Of a DNA stretch of 64,000 bases, positions 49,013-62,162 are shown one piece after another. How positions within the stretch are numbered: the first letter of the stretch is position 1; every line of letters starts with the position of its first letter. Origin of the DNA: Takakia lepidozioides (lineage: Eukaryota > Plantae > Bryophyta); the NCBI GenBank assembly GCA_030704615.1, contig CM060734.1:20212001-20276000 (forward strand). The letters are read 5' to 3'. The translations under genes and the position numbers were made by a program. Under the pieces are notes generated by a model, which saw nothing but the letters and a program-made list of their open reading frames with translations, was not told where the DNA came from and searched no databases.

Positions 49013-52000
49013 ATGGAGGTAGCACCTTCAGTTGGCCACTATGAGCGAGGCATTCCTCGAGTAATCCAAGCGCCTTCATCTCGCATGACAACTGATTCAC
49101 CTATCTGTTACATGTATTCCATTCGCTACACACTCCTCGAGACAGGGATGGATCCTTTGCAGCTTATAGCGACAAATTTTGCCTTGCTAGCCCCGCAGTA
49201 TTTGGACGAGGAAGTTGCGAGTATGTCCGTTAAGCTCCATCTTCCATCTTGTACCTCTGCTGAAGCTCAAATAAGCTACTGCGGGTCATTAGTTCTTGAT
49301 AATGGCAAGGTATGAGGCAATCCCACTGGGAATAAAAGGATATGATACTGAATTTGCCGGGGCATTATGCGAAGCAAGCCTGGATAGAGAACAATAAGTG
49401 TTTCATCGATACTGTATTATGTTTTGGTGTGATGAGAACATTACCTCGGCTTCTGCAAGTCTGGATGTTTGTTGGTTGCCTTTCGGAAGTCAGATTCGGT
49501 CCAAGGTATCGCTGGTTGTAATTTTTTTAATAATAGAGGGGGCATCATGGTTCTTTTTCCTTAAGGCTTCTCTAAATTCTTCGTGGGTGTGGGAAGGTGG
49601 AAACCATGAAGAGATTTACCTTGTGGCTCTTTCACTTGGTTCTTGGAAAATGTTACCCACTGCCAACCAGCTTGAGAGGAATTGCTGATGGACCAAAGAG
49701 ATACTATATATTACCATTAAAATGTGACGGACAATTTTCTGCACCGAAGGCGCCAGACTCCCTTATTGATTGGGGTGTAGTAGAGACTGCACTCAATTCC
49801 CGCCTCGTTTACAGACGGAAAGTCCTTTTTTATGGGGGTTTTGCTAAATTAGATGCTGCTAATTTTGATAGTGAAGATCACCCAAGAGAAGGGAGACTGC
49901 AAATGCGAAATGGCACATTTGGAGAGGAAGAACTAGTGGACGCAGTGGTTACATGTGCAAACAATGGTATGCCCTGTTATATTACTGCAATATCCAGGCA
50001 TCTCTCTGGCAGCAGCGCCCTTCCTTCTCAAGCTCCAGGGCCTGTGTCTATGACCTATGCTGAGTACTACATGGAGAAGTATGTTTGCTCTCGAATAAAG
50101 TGGTTTCTTGAAATTTCTTCTCTCATGAAAGTTTATTTGCTATGTGTGTTGAGTATGTTGCCCTTCTCTCTTAATGTCCTGCCAATGTTATTTCCTCTCC
50201 CTCATCTTCCAGTCATACTGTCTCCTGTGCACTTACATGGACGTATGTCTTACACAGCCCTCCAACTGTCCCTCAAGGGGCTGTGCGTGGAGTTGCATAA
50301 TGTGGACGTTAAACTTCCTGTCCTGAAATTTCTCTCACACAGGGAGACAGATAATCTTGATGCATGGATCTACCTTCTAATCTTTTTGACTGTGTCAATA
50401 CTTAAGTGAACGAATCTTTCGATGTCATGTTTATATTGCAAATTGCAGAGAACCTTATGCTCCAAATAAATACATTCATAAGTCAGCATAGGACTGGTAC
50501 AGATGATTGGATGGAATGGCTGCAAATTGCACCCCTAGGACTCTTAGTCCACTGTGACATCGCCTCTGGGTATGGCGCCTATGCACGTTTATCAATCTTC
50601 AAGATAGATGGGGAGAAAGAGGGTGTAGGAGCAAGAGAACTGGATGGAATAGCTGCATATTGGGCCCCTAGGACTCCTAGTACTGTAGTACCACTGGTCC
50701 CTGTGACATCTCCTCTGGGTGTTGCACCTATGCATGTTTATCAACCTTCAGGATTCAGGATAGAAGGGGAGAAAGAGGAGGGTGTAGGAGCAAGAGAACC
50801 AGACATTGCTAGAGCAACAGAGCATGACATTTAGTTATCAACACAGTAGGGTCAATGCGAGTGCATGATTTCCTAGCTGTTAATGTGAAGGAATCAGTTG
50901 TCAGCTGAAGGCTTCAGATAATTTGCTGTGAAGGTCATCAACGAGGGTCTTCTGGATATGTGTGAAGCAACTCTTAAAAATCATTGAAATGCTGACTGTG
51001 TGTTATCGGGTGCACCTTGTCCAGGTGCAAATACAAGTTGTTATATCCCAACCAACCACTTCTCAAAGGATGCCGACTGATACGGGCAGGCAATTATGTT
51101 AAGCGGCCATCTACGATCCCAGCAAATGGTAAAGACAAATTCTCAGATTTCTATGGAGAACGAAATTGCAGTGTTTCAGCCATCTGCTCCTGCATATACT
51201 GTAGTGTTGCAAGGAGCTGTCATAGACATTGGTGAGTGTGATGCTATTGGTAACTAGCTTTTAGAAGGTGCAACATAACATCGTCAATAACTCTGAGAAT
51301 CTTGGGGTCTAATGTGTAAGAGAACCAATCACTGGTCTAATCACTGAGCAAGTTTCTGGAGAAGAGTAGAAATATGTTTCCATGAATTTTATTTAGTCTA
51401 ACAATCTGGGCACTGGTCAGTGGTGAAAATATTGATTTCCATTTTCTATCTCATGACAAAAACAATTGAAAGCAAGGAAAGGAGAGGAATTGAACTTCAT
51501 GCATCCACAGGAGGCTACAGCTTATGGGACAAATGAAATGGACAAAGAAAGAATGATACCAGAAAGAAAGTGGGGCCCCTAACAAGAAGGACATGAAATA
51601 AAATGAAATGGTACAATATAGAATGCCCGCGGGAAGCTCAAAGAGCTTATGGGACAAGAGGACGAACACAACAAGACAGAGAGAGGGGTTACAACAGCCC
51701 AAAAGCAACTATTGCTGAAGGGATTGCAGAAGAGTCAACGTTTCATGCAGGTAAGCTGGCCAGCATTTCTGATCCTCATAAAGGAAGACCTCCTTGAGAG
51801 ATTGGGTAAGAAAGAAAAACGAATGAACTTTGTTACATGTGTGGAAGAGTCAAGAGGGACACAAGGGACAAATAGCAGTAGGAACGATTTCAGGAGGAAC
51901 CATACAGCTAGTATAGCAAAAAGAAACCACGTCCTTATCATGAGCAAAACGATAGAGATATGACAAAGAAAGGAAGATTGACAGATATATCAGGAACATT

Positions 52001-55000
52001 GCATTACAAGTCAAGTTGGGTAAATGAAGGATCACAAGGAATGACAAATTGAATTGGTTTCACCTGGTTGATTGTTCCTAGTAATGAATCTTGACTGTGA
52101 AAACTTCAGGAGGAGATGCTGCAACCATTTTGGAAATGGAAATTCCCCCGGAAATATGTGTACTGCATGTGGGCATGCAAGGCCAGCTGTACAGGGGTGC
52201 TATTCTACTTCCTTCTGTGCTTTACAGCCTGGAAATGGCATTGTTAGCTGCAGAGCTCCGGGACCTTATTGGGCCCTCTCTTTCCTGCTTGAAGGTCAGT
52301 TCCATTTCTTAGCTTGTATGTCTCGAGTCTGCTGTAGCTGTAGAACTGTGCCTCAAAACTTCCAGGCTTAGGAATGTGGAATATCACTCTGATTTCACAA
52401 TATTGTGCAAGATGTATCTGTATGTCTTTGATGGTTGGAAAACTACGCAGAAGATAAGATTGTGAACTTAATGGAACTTAGGTGCCTGCAGGTGCAAGAA
52501 GCTTTGACATCAGGGGCATGTGATGGAGACCTTTCCTATGAGACCCTGGAGCTATTGGGAGACAGCGTCCTTAATTTCACAGGAGGAGCGTATATGTATC
52601 TCAATAACTTGTCTTTTAATGGAGAAGAGCTGCATGTTGCTCGCCATGATTTAGTCAGTAATAGGACACTCTTTCAGTGTGCACTTGATAGTGGGCTCCC
52701 ACGGTATGTCTTTGCAGAACCTCTCAATATCAAATCATGGATTCCTCCAGGCCCAGCTCTGGGAGTTTGGCTGCAGAAAGGCTCGGTAAGAGATGAAGGA
52801 TATCTATCAAAATCCACTTTTTGTCTGCACTGAATGCTATGTTCACATGATCCACAATCCGAAATGCTTTAGACTCTTCTCTCAAGATTATGGTCCCAGT
52901 TTTGGGAACTATGATCACACTGAGTGTGAGTCATGCCATACCCTGTCATCATCCCTACACAACATCTAGTGAAACAAAAATATGTTGGCGATAAGTTGCA
53001 TCAGCTTATAATGGGCCCTGAATCTGGTATGAGGAGGACAAGTTATGATGTCCACAGGTCCACAGATCTGAAAGTCAGTTCGTAGGTCTACACAACCCAT
53101 GAAACTTCTTTAAGGAATGTAGATTTGTGAACATAGCAGGTCAATGTGGTGATAAATGTTTCCTACATATCTGGTGATTTTGAAATAGGTGGGTATGTTT
53201 ATATGTTACAACTGAGTTGAAAGGATCTGATGCAGGAGGGACAGCTTTTAGGTTTGAAGACTCTGGCAGATGTAGTAGAGGCCCTGGTGGGGACATACCT
53301 TATGAACGGGAACTTGGATTCGGCATTGACGGCAATGGCATGGCTCCGAGTACCCATTCATTTTCCATCCTCAGTTCCTCGAGACACTGGTTTTCTGGCG
53401 AGTAAGAGCTGTTTTAATCCATTGAGTGCGACAGACATGGACGCTCTCGAAAGCAAGCTTGGATATCAGTTCAAGAATAAGGGCCTTCTGATTTCAGCAT
53501 TTGATTTTGGGGCTGAAGCATCCTCCAAGCTGGGGGGCTTCGGATTTCACAGGCTGGAGGTTCTAGGTGACCTTTAATTTATTAAAAGCCAACTTCTTGG
53601 GGAGTGTTGAGTTCATTGTGCAGCATTACCTCTTTTTCTAAATTCTGTGCAAATTGATTGTACATATGGAAGACATTGCACCGTCTTGCACCATGGGGTG
53701 CGTCATTCTGGTAGTAAGAATTGGACTTCTTATGACTAAATTGCTTCCGTTGTGCCAACTTGATTGCAGGGGACTCCATCTTGGACTTCTTGATCACCCG
53801 ATACTTGGTGTGCCTGTACCCAGGGTTCAGTCCTTCACGTCTCAATGACTTAAAGCAGGCAACTGTCAACAGAGAGAACTTTGCTTTAGTGGCACTCAAT
53901 CATGGTTTGCATGTGTATTTGCAAAAAGTATCGCCTATTTTGGAAAGCCAAATCAATCTTTTTGCCACATATTTTTGGAAGGAGGGTGGCAGTGCTTTCG
54001 GTATAACAAAACAGAGCTCCCCCGAGGTTAGTGCCCATCTTCAACAGCATGTTTGGCTACATTTGGAAGAAGGGTTAGAAACACAGAAAATTGAGCACTG
54101 CGGAAAGGAAATGAAGTTCAATAACATCCATGCGAAGCTCAAAGGGCTTATATGAAATGAACTGAAATGTTACTTTACAATGTCCGAGGAAAATCTCAAA
54201 GAGCTTATGGGAAATGTACTTCTAAGACTTTGATTGTTGTAGCCTTGTGGCCATAGAACTCGTGCCCAGTTTGGACAGAGTTTATGAGAAAGAGAGCATG
54301 AAAGATAGGGAGGGGCCCTCGACAAGCTCCCCAAAGCAACTACGGATCAAGAGAATGTCTGAGAGTCAATGCCTTGTGTGTAGATATGCGCCCAAGCATT
54401 TCAGATCCCCGGGTAATGGAAACCCTATGCTTTCTCAAATGAGACAATAGTATCTCCCCCGGATCTGCGTGTAGGAAGGACGATGAAAGACGAAATGTTC
54501 TTCATTGTCAATTCAAGAAAGAATGAAAGAAACGCTATAACATTCATGATAAGCTGAAAAGAGATTGGAAAAGCAGGCAGATAGCAGGGGATGCAAGGCG
54601 TGTGTACTTATATGAGTATGGCTGTAGATAAACTGGGCATTTGTGGCAGGCTGTTGGAAATGTGGTGCAGACCCTGGCAGCAGCAATCTTCTTGGACTCA
54701 GATCTTGATATTGAGCTTGTCTGGAAGGTACTTTCAGGTTTTCCCCTAGAACCTGGATACTGGAGGAGTTGAGAAAAGATTCAGAAACAAAAGCTATGTG
54801 TACATGCTTCTTGTGATGGATTCTGCTTCTGCATCTCCCTCTCACTTTGAGAATAACTCATGGCAACAGTAATGAGTAATCATTGGCAGGTTCATGAACC
54901 TCTGCTTCAACCATTGGCCACGCCTGAGACTGTAATGCTGCATCCCCGCCGCCAATTGGAAACCCTTTGTCGAATGCGAGGTTGGGACTTGGACATCAAA

Positions 55001-55129
55001 TCTGCACAGAGTGATGGGATGATTCAGGCGTGTGTGTTCATCAATCAGAGACTTATGGGCATCTCTCACAACAAGGAGAAAAATATTGCAATTAGATTAG
55101 CCTCTTTTCAGGTTTTGTGCCTCTTATAA
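49013..55129 (+). CDS. mDCL: Helicase-less 'minimal' Dicer-like protein (platform-PAZ-RNase IIIa-RNase IIIb-dsRBD), about 755 aa
   Basis: Nine phase-compatible exons: 49013-49309, 49597-50078, 51025-51128, 52110-52294, 52492-52785, 53236-53566, 53770-54026, 54650-54727, 54890-55129. Motifs TYAEYY, QPLL, EIPPEIC, YETLELLGDS, KTLADVVEAL, LGYQFKNK, RLEVLGDS, HPRRQLETLC. Confidence 0.82.
50525..50800 (+). repeat. Imperfect ~135-bp tandem duplication in Dicer-like intron 2
   Basis: CCCCTAGGACTC...GGGGAGAAAGAGG..GTGTAGGAGCAAGAGAAC occurs twice. Confidence 0.7.
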
Positions 55130-55184
55130 GTATTTCCTTTCTTTCCTTCCATTTCATTTAAACTCATTTGGACAGTGCGACATA

Positions 55185-55600
55185 TTTGCATGAGGCGTTG
55201 ACTCTTAGACAATCTCTTGAGCAATAGTTGTTTTTGGGCAGCTTGTAGAGGGCCTCTCTCTCTATACTACGAGATCCGTGGGAGATTCCACTGTCTATTC
55301 CGCGGAACCCAATCTCTCACTGAAGTCTTCCACTATGAGGATCAGAAATGCTTGGCAGCTTACCTGCACGAGGCCTTCGCCCTTAGACAATCACTCGAGC
55401 AATAGTTTTATTTTTGGCTCTGGTTTTGTTTCCTCTCTTATGTTTTCTTCCATTTTGTCCCATAAGCTCTATGAGCTTTCCGTGGACGTTATAAAGTACC
55501 ATTTCATTGCATTTCATTTCATTTCTCTTTCTTGCTTCATGCTTTCTCATGTCCCATAAGCTCTTTGAGCTTTCCGGGGACATTATCAAGTATCGTTTCA
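55185..55600 (+). mobile_element. Three stacked RTE/RTEX-like LINE 3' ends downstream of the Dicer-like stop
   Basis: Repeated CATGAGGC..TTAGACAATC, plus two GTCCCATAAGCTC..GAGCTTTCC hairpin and tail units. Confidence 0.8.
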
Positions 55601-56834
55601 TTTCTTTTTTTACTGAGTTGGTGTATTGAGAAGGAATGGGATTTGTAGATAGATCCTGCTATTTCCCCTTCTGATTCAATTCCTTCCAAAACAGCAGGCA
55701 TGAGATATACATCCAATGAAACTATAAGGTGATGAAAGTCTTCTGGAACCAAATGAATTGACAGGTGAAATGTTGGTCCTAAAGCCTCCCATAGATGTGA
55801 CATTGGAGTTGTGGGTTAGTATCTAGCTTCCTTCCTGTCTTTCACCACTCTTTGCTCTTGTATACCATCCATCAGGGTTGTGGTCTTATTTTGAAAATTT
55901 CCTTTGGAATGTTTATTTGGTCCCAAAAGCCATTTGGGCCTCCTGTTCACACACCACATTTGGTCGTGTTCTTCGTCTGGAGTACAATTCTCAAATGTAG
56001 CACCACATACCCTGCAGGTTTCCATTTTGTTCACTAAAACATTGTTTGTCTCGCTTGTGCTCTTTTTTTTGGACCTATGTTGGAGTCATCACCTAGGTGG
56101 ACTGGGTTTCACAGGCTCTGCTGTCTCCAAAAGCAACTGCTTTCGACAAGATGCTCGCAGGCACTGCTGAAGTGGGCAACCTTGAACAAAGAAGGTATAT
56201 TTTCAATCCTAAAGGGTGTATTGGGCCATTTTTGCCTCGTAGAGCTGTAACGAATTTTTTTACTGGTCATCTTTTCCGTCTCATGAGCAGGCAGCCCAGT
56301 GGATGGGGTGTTTGTGCCTTGCCTGGGCATAATCAGGTTGATCCTGGGTTCAATCCTTTAAAAGTGTTCCTTCAGCCGTCTGTTGGGCTGTTGGGCTGTG
56401 CATTGCGCAGTAGACTCTGTAAATCTGCTGGAAATGAAACAAACTGTCTTCACTTGTTGTCTCTGTGGGCTTCCTATGAACATAGTAGAGTTTCTCTTAC
56501 TTCTCCATGAGTCTAGCATCCTTAAATCTTTCTGACTCTCACACGTGTCCTTTTCCCCTGCTCTCCCAGGATCTGTGGATCCTAGACTTTTGGGAATGAG
56601 ATAAAGATCAAAGGAAGAGAGGGGGCAATGGTGTGAAGTGGGAGTGTAAGTTTACATAATTTTTCATTCATTGGGGTACACACTACACACGGATAGCTTT
56701 ACTTGAGGGGGCAGCAGTATTGCCCTACCTGTGCATAACCATGTGGTCTTAGGTTCTACCACCGTAACAAATGCATTGTGTGTTGAGCTGTATAATCTGT
56801 AAATCAATGGATGTTAAACTCTTCTTTCTTTCTT

Positions 56835-57380
56835 ATGGAATTACATGTCAAGAGAACTTGGATGCTACCCAATCTCACGACAAAGCTCCACTTCTATCGA
56901 GAGACATTCTTGGTGCTCCGCGATGATAGAATCTTGAGACCAAATTACCTTTCAGCACCCTTATCTCCTTCCCTCTTGAGGGCATTGGGGCGGTTTAGGG
57001 TGGGTTCCCACAACCTACGGTTAGAGACTGGCAGATGGGAAAACCTGCAACGGGAGGACCGCCTATGTCCAGCTTGCATAGGGCGCAGAAAGGAAATTGA
57101 AACTGAAGAACACTTCTTCTTCTACTGCCCTCTATACTACGAGATCCGCGGGAGATTCCACTGTTTATTCAGTTGAACCCAAACTCTCACTGATGTCTTT
57201 CACTATGAGGATAAAAAATGCTTGGCTGCCTACCTACACGAGGCCTTCACCCTTAGACAATCGCTAGAACATTAATTGTGGTTTCTGGCTTTGTTCCTCT
57301 CTCATGTTTTCTTCCATTTTGTCCCATAAGCTCTATGAGCTTTCCGCGGACGTTATAAAGCACCATTTCATTTCATTTCT
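56835..57380 (+). mobile_element. RTE/RTEX-like LINE 3' fragment
   Basis: ELHVKRTW...FRVGSH...CPAC...EEHFFFYCPLY, then the 3' hairpin and (ATTTC)n tail. Confidence 0.88.
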
Positions 57381-58086
57381 TAATGTTGTAAGGTTATGTG
57401 TTTTGTTTTTCTTGCTTGCTTTCTCCAAATACACACGATAATGTATACAGTTCCATGAAGTAAACTTTTAACTGTCGATGTTCTCAATTTCTGCCATACA
57501 GGGATTTGGTGTTTGGTCCGATGATGCTCAAAATGCTCAAAAAAGATAATTCTGCCATTTTCCAGCACTGCTGATATAATTTGGGCTTGAATTTCAGGGA
57601 AAGCATGCTGGCTTTTGCTCACCCATTCTTCTGGCTCACAAAGATTTTCATCGGTTCTTGGATGCCAGGTGTAAGAAACCCTCGGACTAAATTGAAGGCT
57701 ACTCCAGGGAAGGAAGTTTGATGTCCAGAAACTTACATAGCATATTGCCCGTAGGGGCCAATGATTTTATGCTAGGCGTTACAAAATCACACCTGCCCAT
57801 GCACAGGTGTACATGTCGTTGGCCATTGCCAGAAAAATCATCGGTAACATGCAGCCACATCCACTTTTAAGTTACTTGAGAGCATTGACTTCCAGGAACA
57901 AACACCAAGGCTACATGTATATCAAAGCCTCGTCCAAGGATTTTTCTTCTACAAATCTGATCTGTGCTTGACACACCATGTCTGTCATGCGAGCGCGGCC
58001 ATGTGTATTTGTAAGTGGTAAAAGTCCTTGCAGGTGTCATGGGGTGGTGCATAGCCACAATATTAATTTTTTGAGACAGGCCAAAA

Positions 58087-59890
58087 CTACCCTAGACCTC
58101 CACCATGATGTCTTTTGTGCCTTGCTCCAGAAGGTTGGCTGGAGGGCAGAATCAAAGCTTTCCAGAAATCCACAAAGCATGCATACACCATTCTCGTCAT
58201 AAACAGCCTTATCCACCATAGTTTGCAGAGTAAAAATGTAATCGAGAGTAGACAGTTTATGGCAGAAACCTGCTGCCCCATAGCTCTAAGCTCAGAGGAT
58301 TCTGCCCAATCTTCTAGTGCCAGGGCTATGACCACCCCAAACAGATTGGCCATCAATGAAAAGATCACGGTAATTAGTTCTATTCATCAGCATTCTTGAA
58401 AACCAAGGTGGATGCTGCATTTTGGAAGCCGCACCTCATTCAAAAGATTTGCATTAAATAGAGTCAAAAGTGGCTCTCGCATGTTTGGCGTATTCGCTCT
58501 GTAATCCCGAAAGGTCAACAGCTCTGCCATTTGACAATTTCTTACATCCTTGCTCACATTGAGGGCATTGAAGACAAAGTTAAGAGGTCTGAAAGAAACA
58601 TGTTACATCCCAGGGAGGCCAGAGGGCCCATGGAACAAGTAACAAAGAGCCAGACAAAACAAGACGAGAAAACATTGCAGGGCATAAGAGCTGACTTGGA
58701 AGGTGCCCAACACCCTCATAGGGATGTGGAATCTTCTGGAGAGGTACAAAGGCAATGGGCATCATTATGCAATTACCTTGATTTCTCTCTGTAAGAAAGA
58801 GTGAACTGGCATTCAGGTCCCCATATCTGTAGAAATGAGATGGAATGCAATGGTACTTTATAACGTCCACAGACAATAGGAAGCAAGAAACAAGAAAGAG
58901 CGAGGGGCCACAAGCAGCCCAAAAGCAAGGCGTTGTCTAAGAGCAAACACCTCATGCAGGTAAGCTGCCAAGCATTTCTGATCCTCGTAATGGAAGAACT
59001 CCATGAGAGATTGGGTATCTGGAATAGACAATTAAATCTCCCACAGATCTCATAGTACAAAGGGCAGTGAAAGAAGGAATGATCGTCACTTTCAATTTCC
59101 CTGTTGTTCCCAGTGCAACCAGGGCATTGGCAGTCTTCCCACGTACCAGTCTCTATCCACAGACTGTGGGAGCCCACCCTGAACTTTCCCATGCCCTCAG
59201 AAGAGAGAAGATAGAGCTGTAGACAGGTAATTGGGCCACAAGATTCCATCGTCACGGAGGACCAAGAATGCCTCCCAATAGAACTGCAGTTTTGTTGTTA
59301 GATTTGGCTGGTTTCCATGTCTGCCTGACGTCAAGTTCCACAAGTTCTCGTCTGATGCATCTATTTTAGTTGTTTGGACGCGACTTCCACCCCCTCCATA
59401 TTTTGTGGCAGTAGGGAAGCAATGGAGAGTCCATTGTGCTCAAAAAGGTTGGCCACCCGAGCATACCAGGAGGGCCTGAAACAAGCCATTTTGAGCCTCA
59501 TAGATGGTGGGAGGGCCCAGGCTGTCAGCGCTTTGGATGGAAGGGCCTGTAACCTTGTAAGAAAGATTGTAAGCCGGAAGATGGCCTCGGTTTGAAGTGC
59601 GACGCATGCAAATTCTGCACATAGAATTTGTGATGATGTTGTACCTCTAGCTCCAAGCATTCATTGGAGGAAAGACGATGCAGCAGTTCCAGGTTTTTCT
59701 GCCACCGGGAAACTGGGACATCAGGTGCCCAGAACTCAGCCATAGGTGGCGGCAGGAGTAACAACCAAGTCAAAGAAAGAAATGAAATGAAATGAAATGA
59801 AATGGTACTTTATAATGTCTGCGGAAAGCTCAAAGAGCTTATGGGACAAAATGGAAAAAACATAAGAGGAAACAAAACCAGAGCCAAAAA
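58087..59890 (-). mobile_element. Older RTE/RTEX-like LINE remnants (RT and C-terminal pieces) plus a young 3' end
   Basis: DWAESSELRAMGQ, YACFVDF, LGARGTTSSQILCAEF, FRVGSHSLWIETG. (GAAAT)n at 59779. Confidence 0.75.
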
Positions 59891-60657
59891 ACAGCCAAAA
59901 AGGAACTTCAGCAATGGTACAGCAAAAGAGAATGTACCTGAGGACATCCTATGGGCCACATCGTATGGGTCTGTCACTGGCTCGATCAAGGTGGCAGGGG
60001 AGTTCTCTGAAACCCTGGAACCCCCGCAAGCATCTTTCCTTCAAGGAATGCTTGGGTTTAGAGGTACAGCACCATCTCTGATTTTATATACTGAAGTTGC
60101 TTGCTCGAAGCCATATGTTGTTGACAAGGGTGCGATCTCACATCCCCAAGTGCCTGCCAGTCTGTGCCCTTATGAGATTTCAAGACCTGCTGATACGCTC
60201 AGGTCTCCAATTTCGTTGAGCCACACCGCCTGTCCGTCGCATCCCTACTGCCACAAAATATAGTAGGTCTGGAAATCTCTACCGAATATGACGGCAACAA
60301 GCTTATTAGAAGGAGCTGATCGACCTTCATGTGACACGAACCTGGAACAATCGTACAAACAGAGCTGTAGTTCTCGGACTCAAGAGGGTAGAAGAACAAA
60401 GCATGAATCATTGTGAAAAAAAAAAAAAAGTCATACCGAAAAAGCTGAGGTAAACAACCTAGACATATCATCAGCTTTGAATCTTGTGATTGAGGAGGAT
60501 GAAGAGAGCACAGATTAGTGTGACAGCACTTGAGAGCATCCAGTCCAATGCAACTTGACGTAGAGAATTGATAGACTTTAGAGAGGCTCTAACTTATGTT
60601 GGTTGACCCTACTCTTCTCTCTCACATGTGGAACACTTTCTCTCACTTGATTAACTA

Positions 60658-62162
60658 TTAACATTGAGGAGGTGACGAGCGCTTTCGGTTGCACACCCCC
60701 TCCTCGTATGATCCCTCATGTGCAATTTCAGGTAAAGAAGAGTGTGAAAGAGAGTCTCGCATGTCCTGCACACGTTCCATTGCAACCCTCAAATGTTCGT
60801 TTACGACCTTGCAATGTTCTTTCTTTCCTTTCAGAGCATCTTGTAAAGCTTGGGTATGCCTTTTCTCCTTCTCCATATCCTTGCTTTGACATGCGAGCTT
60901 GTATTTCGTTCTCTCCAGCTCATCCTTGGTTTTCTCAAGCTCTAGTCTTGCCTCATGACGAAAATCCTCAATTGTTGAAGCTAACTTCCGAATCTCCTCG
61001 TTTGCTCGTTCCAGCTTCGCATTGGTCATCGCTAGCTCCTCTTTTGTCGCATGAAGCTCACCTGTCACCACTACAAACTCCTTTTCAAAAACAACGAGCT
61101 TCGCATTAGTTGCAATAAGCTCGTCTATAGTCACAATATGCTCTTCATTCGCAGCCACGACCTGTTCTTCCGCTGCAACAAACCTGTTCACAATATGCTC
61201 TTCATTCGAAGCAATGACATGCTCTTCCGCTGCAACAAACTCGTTCACAAAATGCTCTTCTTTGGCAGCAACCACCGGTTCTTTCACAAAATGTTCCTCT
61301 TTCGAACCACCCAAAGGTTCTTCAATGGCTGAAGCAATATGCTGTAAAGCAACATCACCGTGTGGTTTGCTTGCAACAAACTCTGTCGTTGCATCAGTCT
61401 CTGTCGTCACAACATTCTCTTCTTCAAAAGAAATGTCTAATTCAACTTTCGTTGCAACAAGCTCCTCTTGGTGTTGTTGCAATGTACCATGGTTTGAGGG
61501 TGTCTGCACTGCAGCTTCTTGTTGTTGTGTGTGCACTGCTGTACCATGGTCTGAAGATATGTGCGCTGCACCTTCTTGTTGTGGACCTTCTTGTAGATTG
61601 TGACCTTCATTTTGATTATTCTCTTGACGCCACATTTGTATGTGTTGCTCCATCAAGTTCATTGCCTCTACCTTCTTTCCTGGTCGAAAATTACATCCAG
61701 AAAATACAGGGCCGTGCTCCAATCCATTTGTCTTTTGAGTGCAACCTCGGCCTAATACATTTGCACAAAGTATTGGCCGATTTCGGCATGAGTTGGGTGT
61801 CCACACACATGTTGGAATTTGGATTTCATGTTTTCCCTCCAACCATGATCTAGGCAATGATCGATGGTGAACCGCTTCCTCCTCCAAATGGAGTCGTGTT
61901 TTTTGGTTGGCCAAAGGTGTACGACGTGGGCAGTGGCGACAAATTTTCTTACAATCTCGTAGGTCCATGGTTGAGGCTGATCTTCCCAACCCTTCCTTGC
62001 TATTTCGTCCGCAGGGATCTTAGTGACGCCGACCGACCGAGGGCGTCCCTTGCCTTTTTTCGTTGCAGGAGTAGCTTCCTTGGCTCTAGCTTCCTTGGCT
62101 CTTTTCGTTGCAGGAGTAGCTTCCTTGGCTCCAGCTTCCTTGGCTCTCTCTACTCTTTTCAT
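60658..62162 (-). pseudogene. Unknown intronless AT-hook and coiled-coil ORF, disrupted, probably TE-derived
   Basis: AKEA..KEATPATK repeats, KGKGRPR (AT-hook-like), EEH(F/I)V..AA repeats and a long coiled coil. A stop and frame change near 61750 separate the two ORFs. Confidence 0.45.

Noticed and set aside
55600-56560. Short ORFs on both strands downstream of the Dicer-like gene
   Set aside because: No recognisable motifs; probably a decayed repeat.
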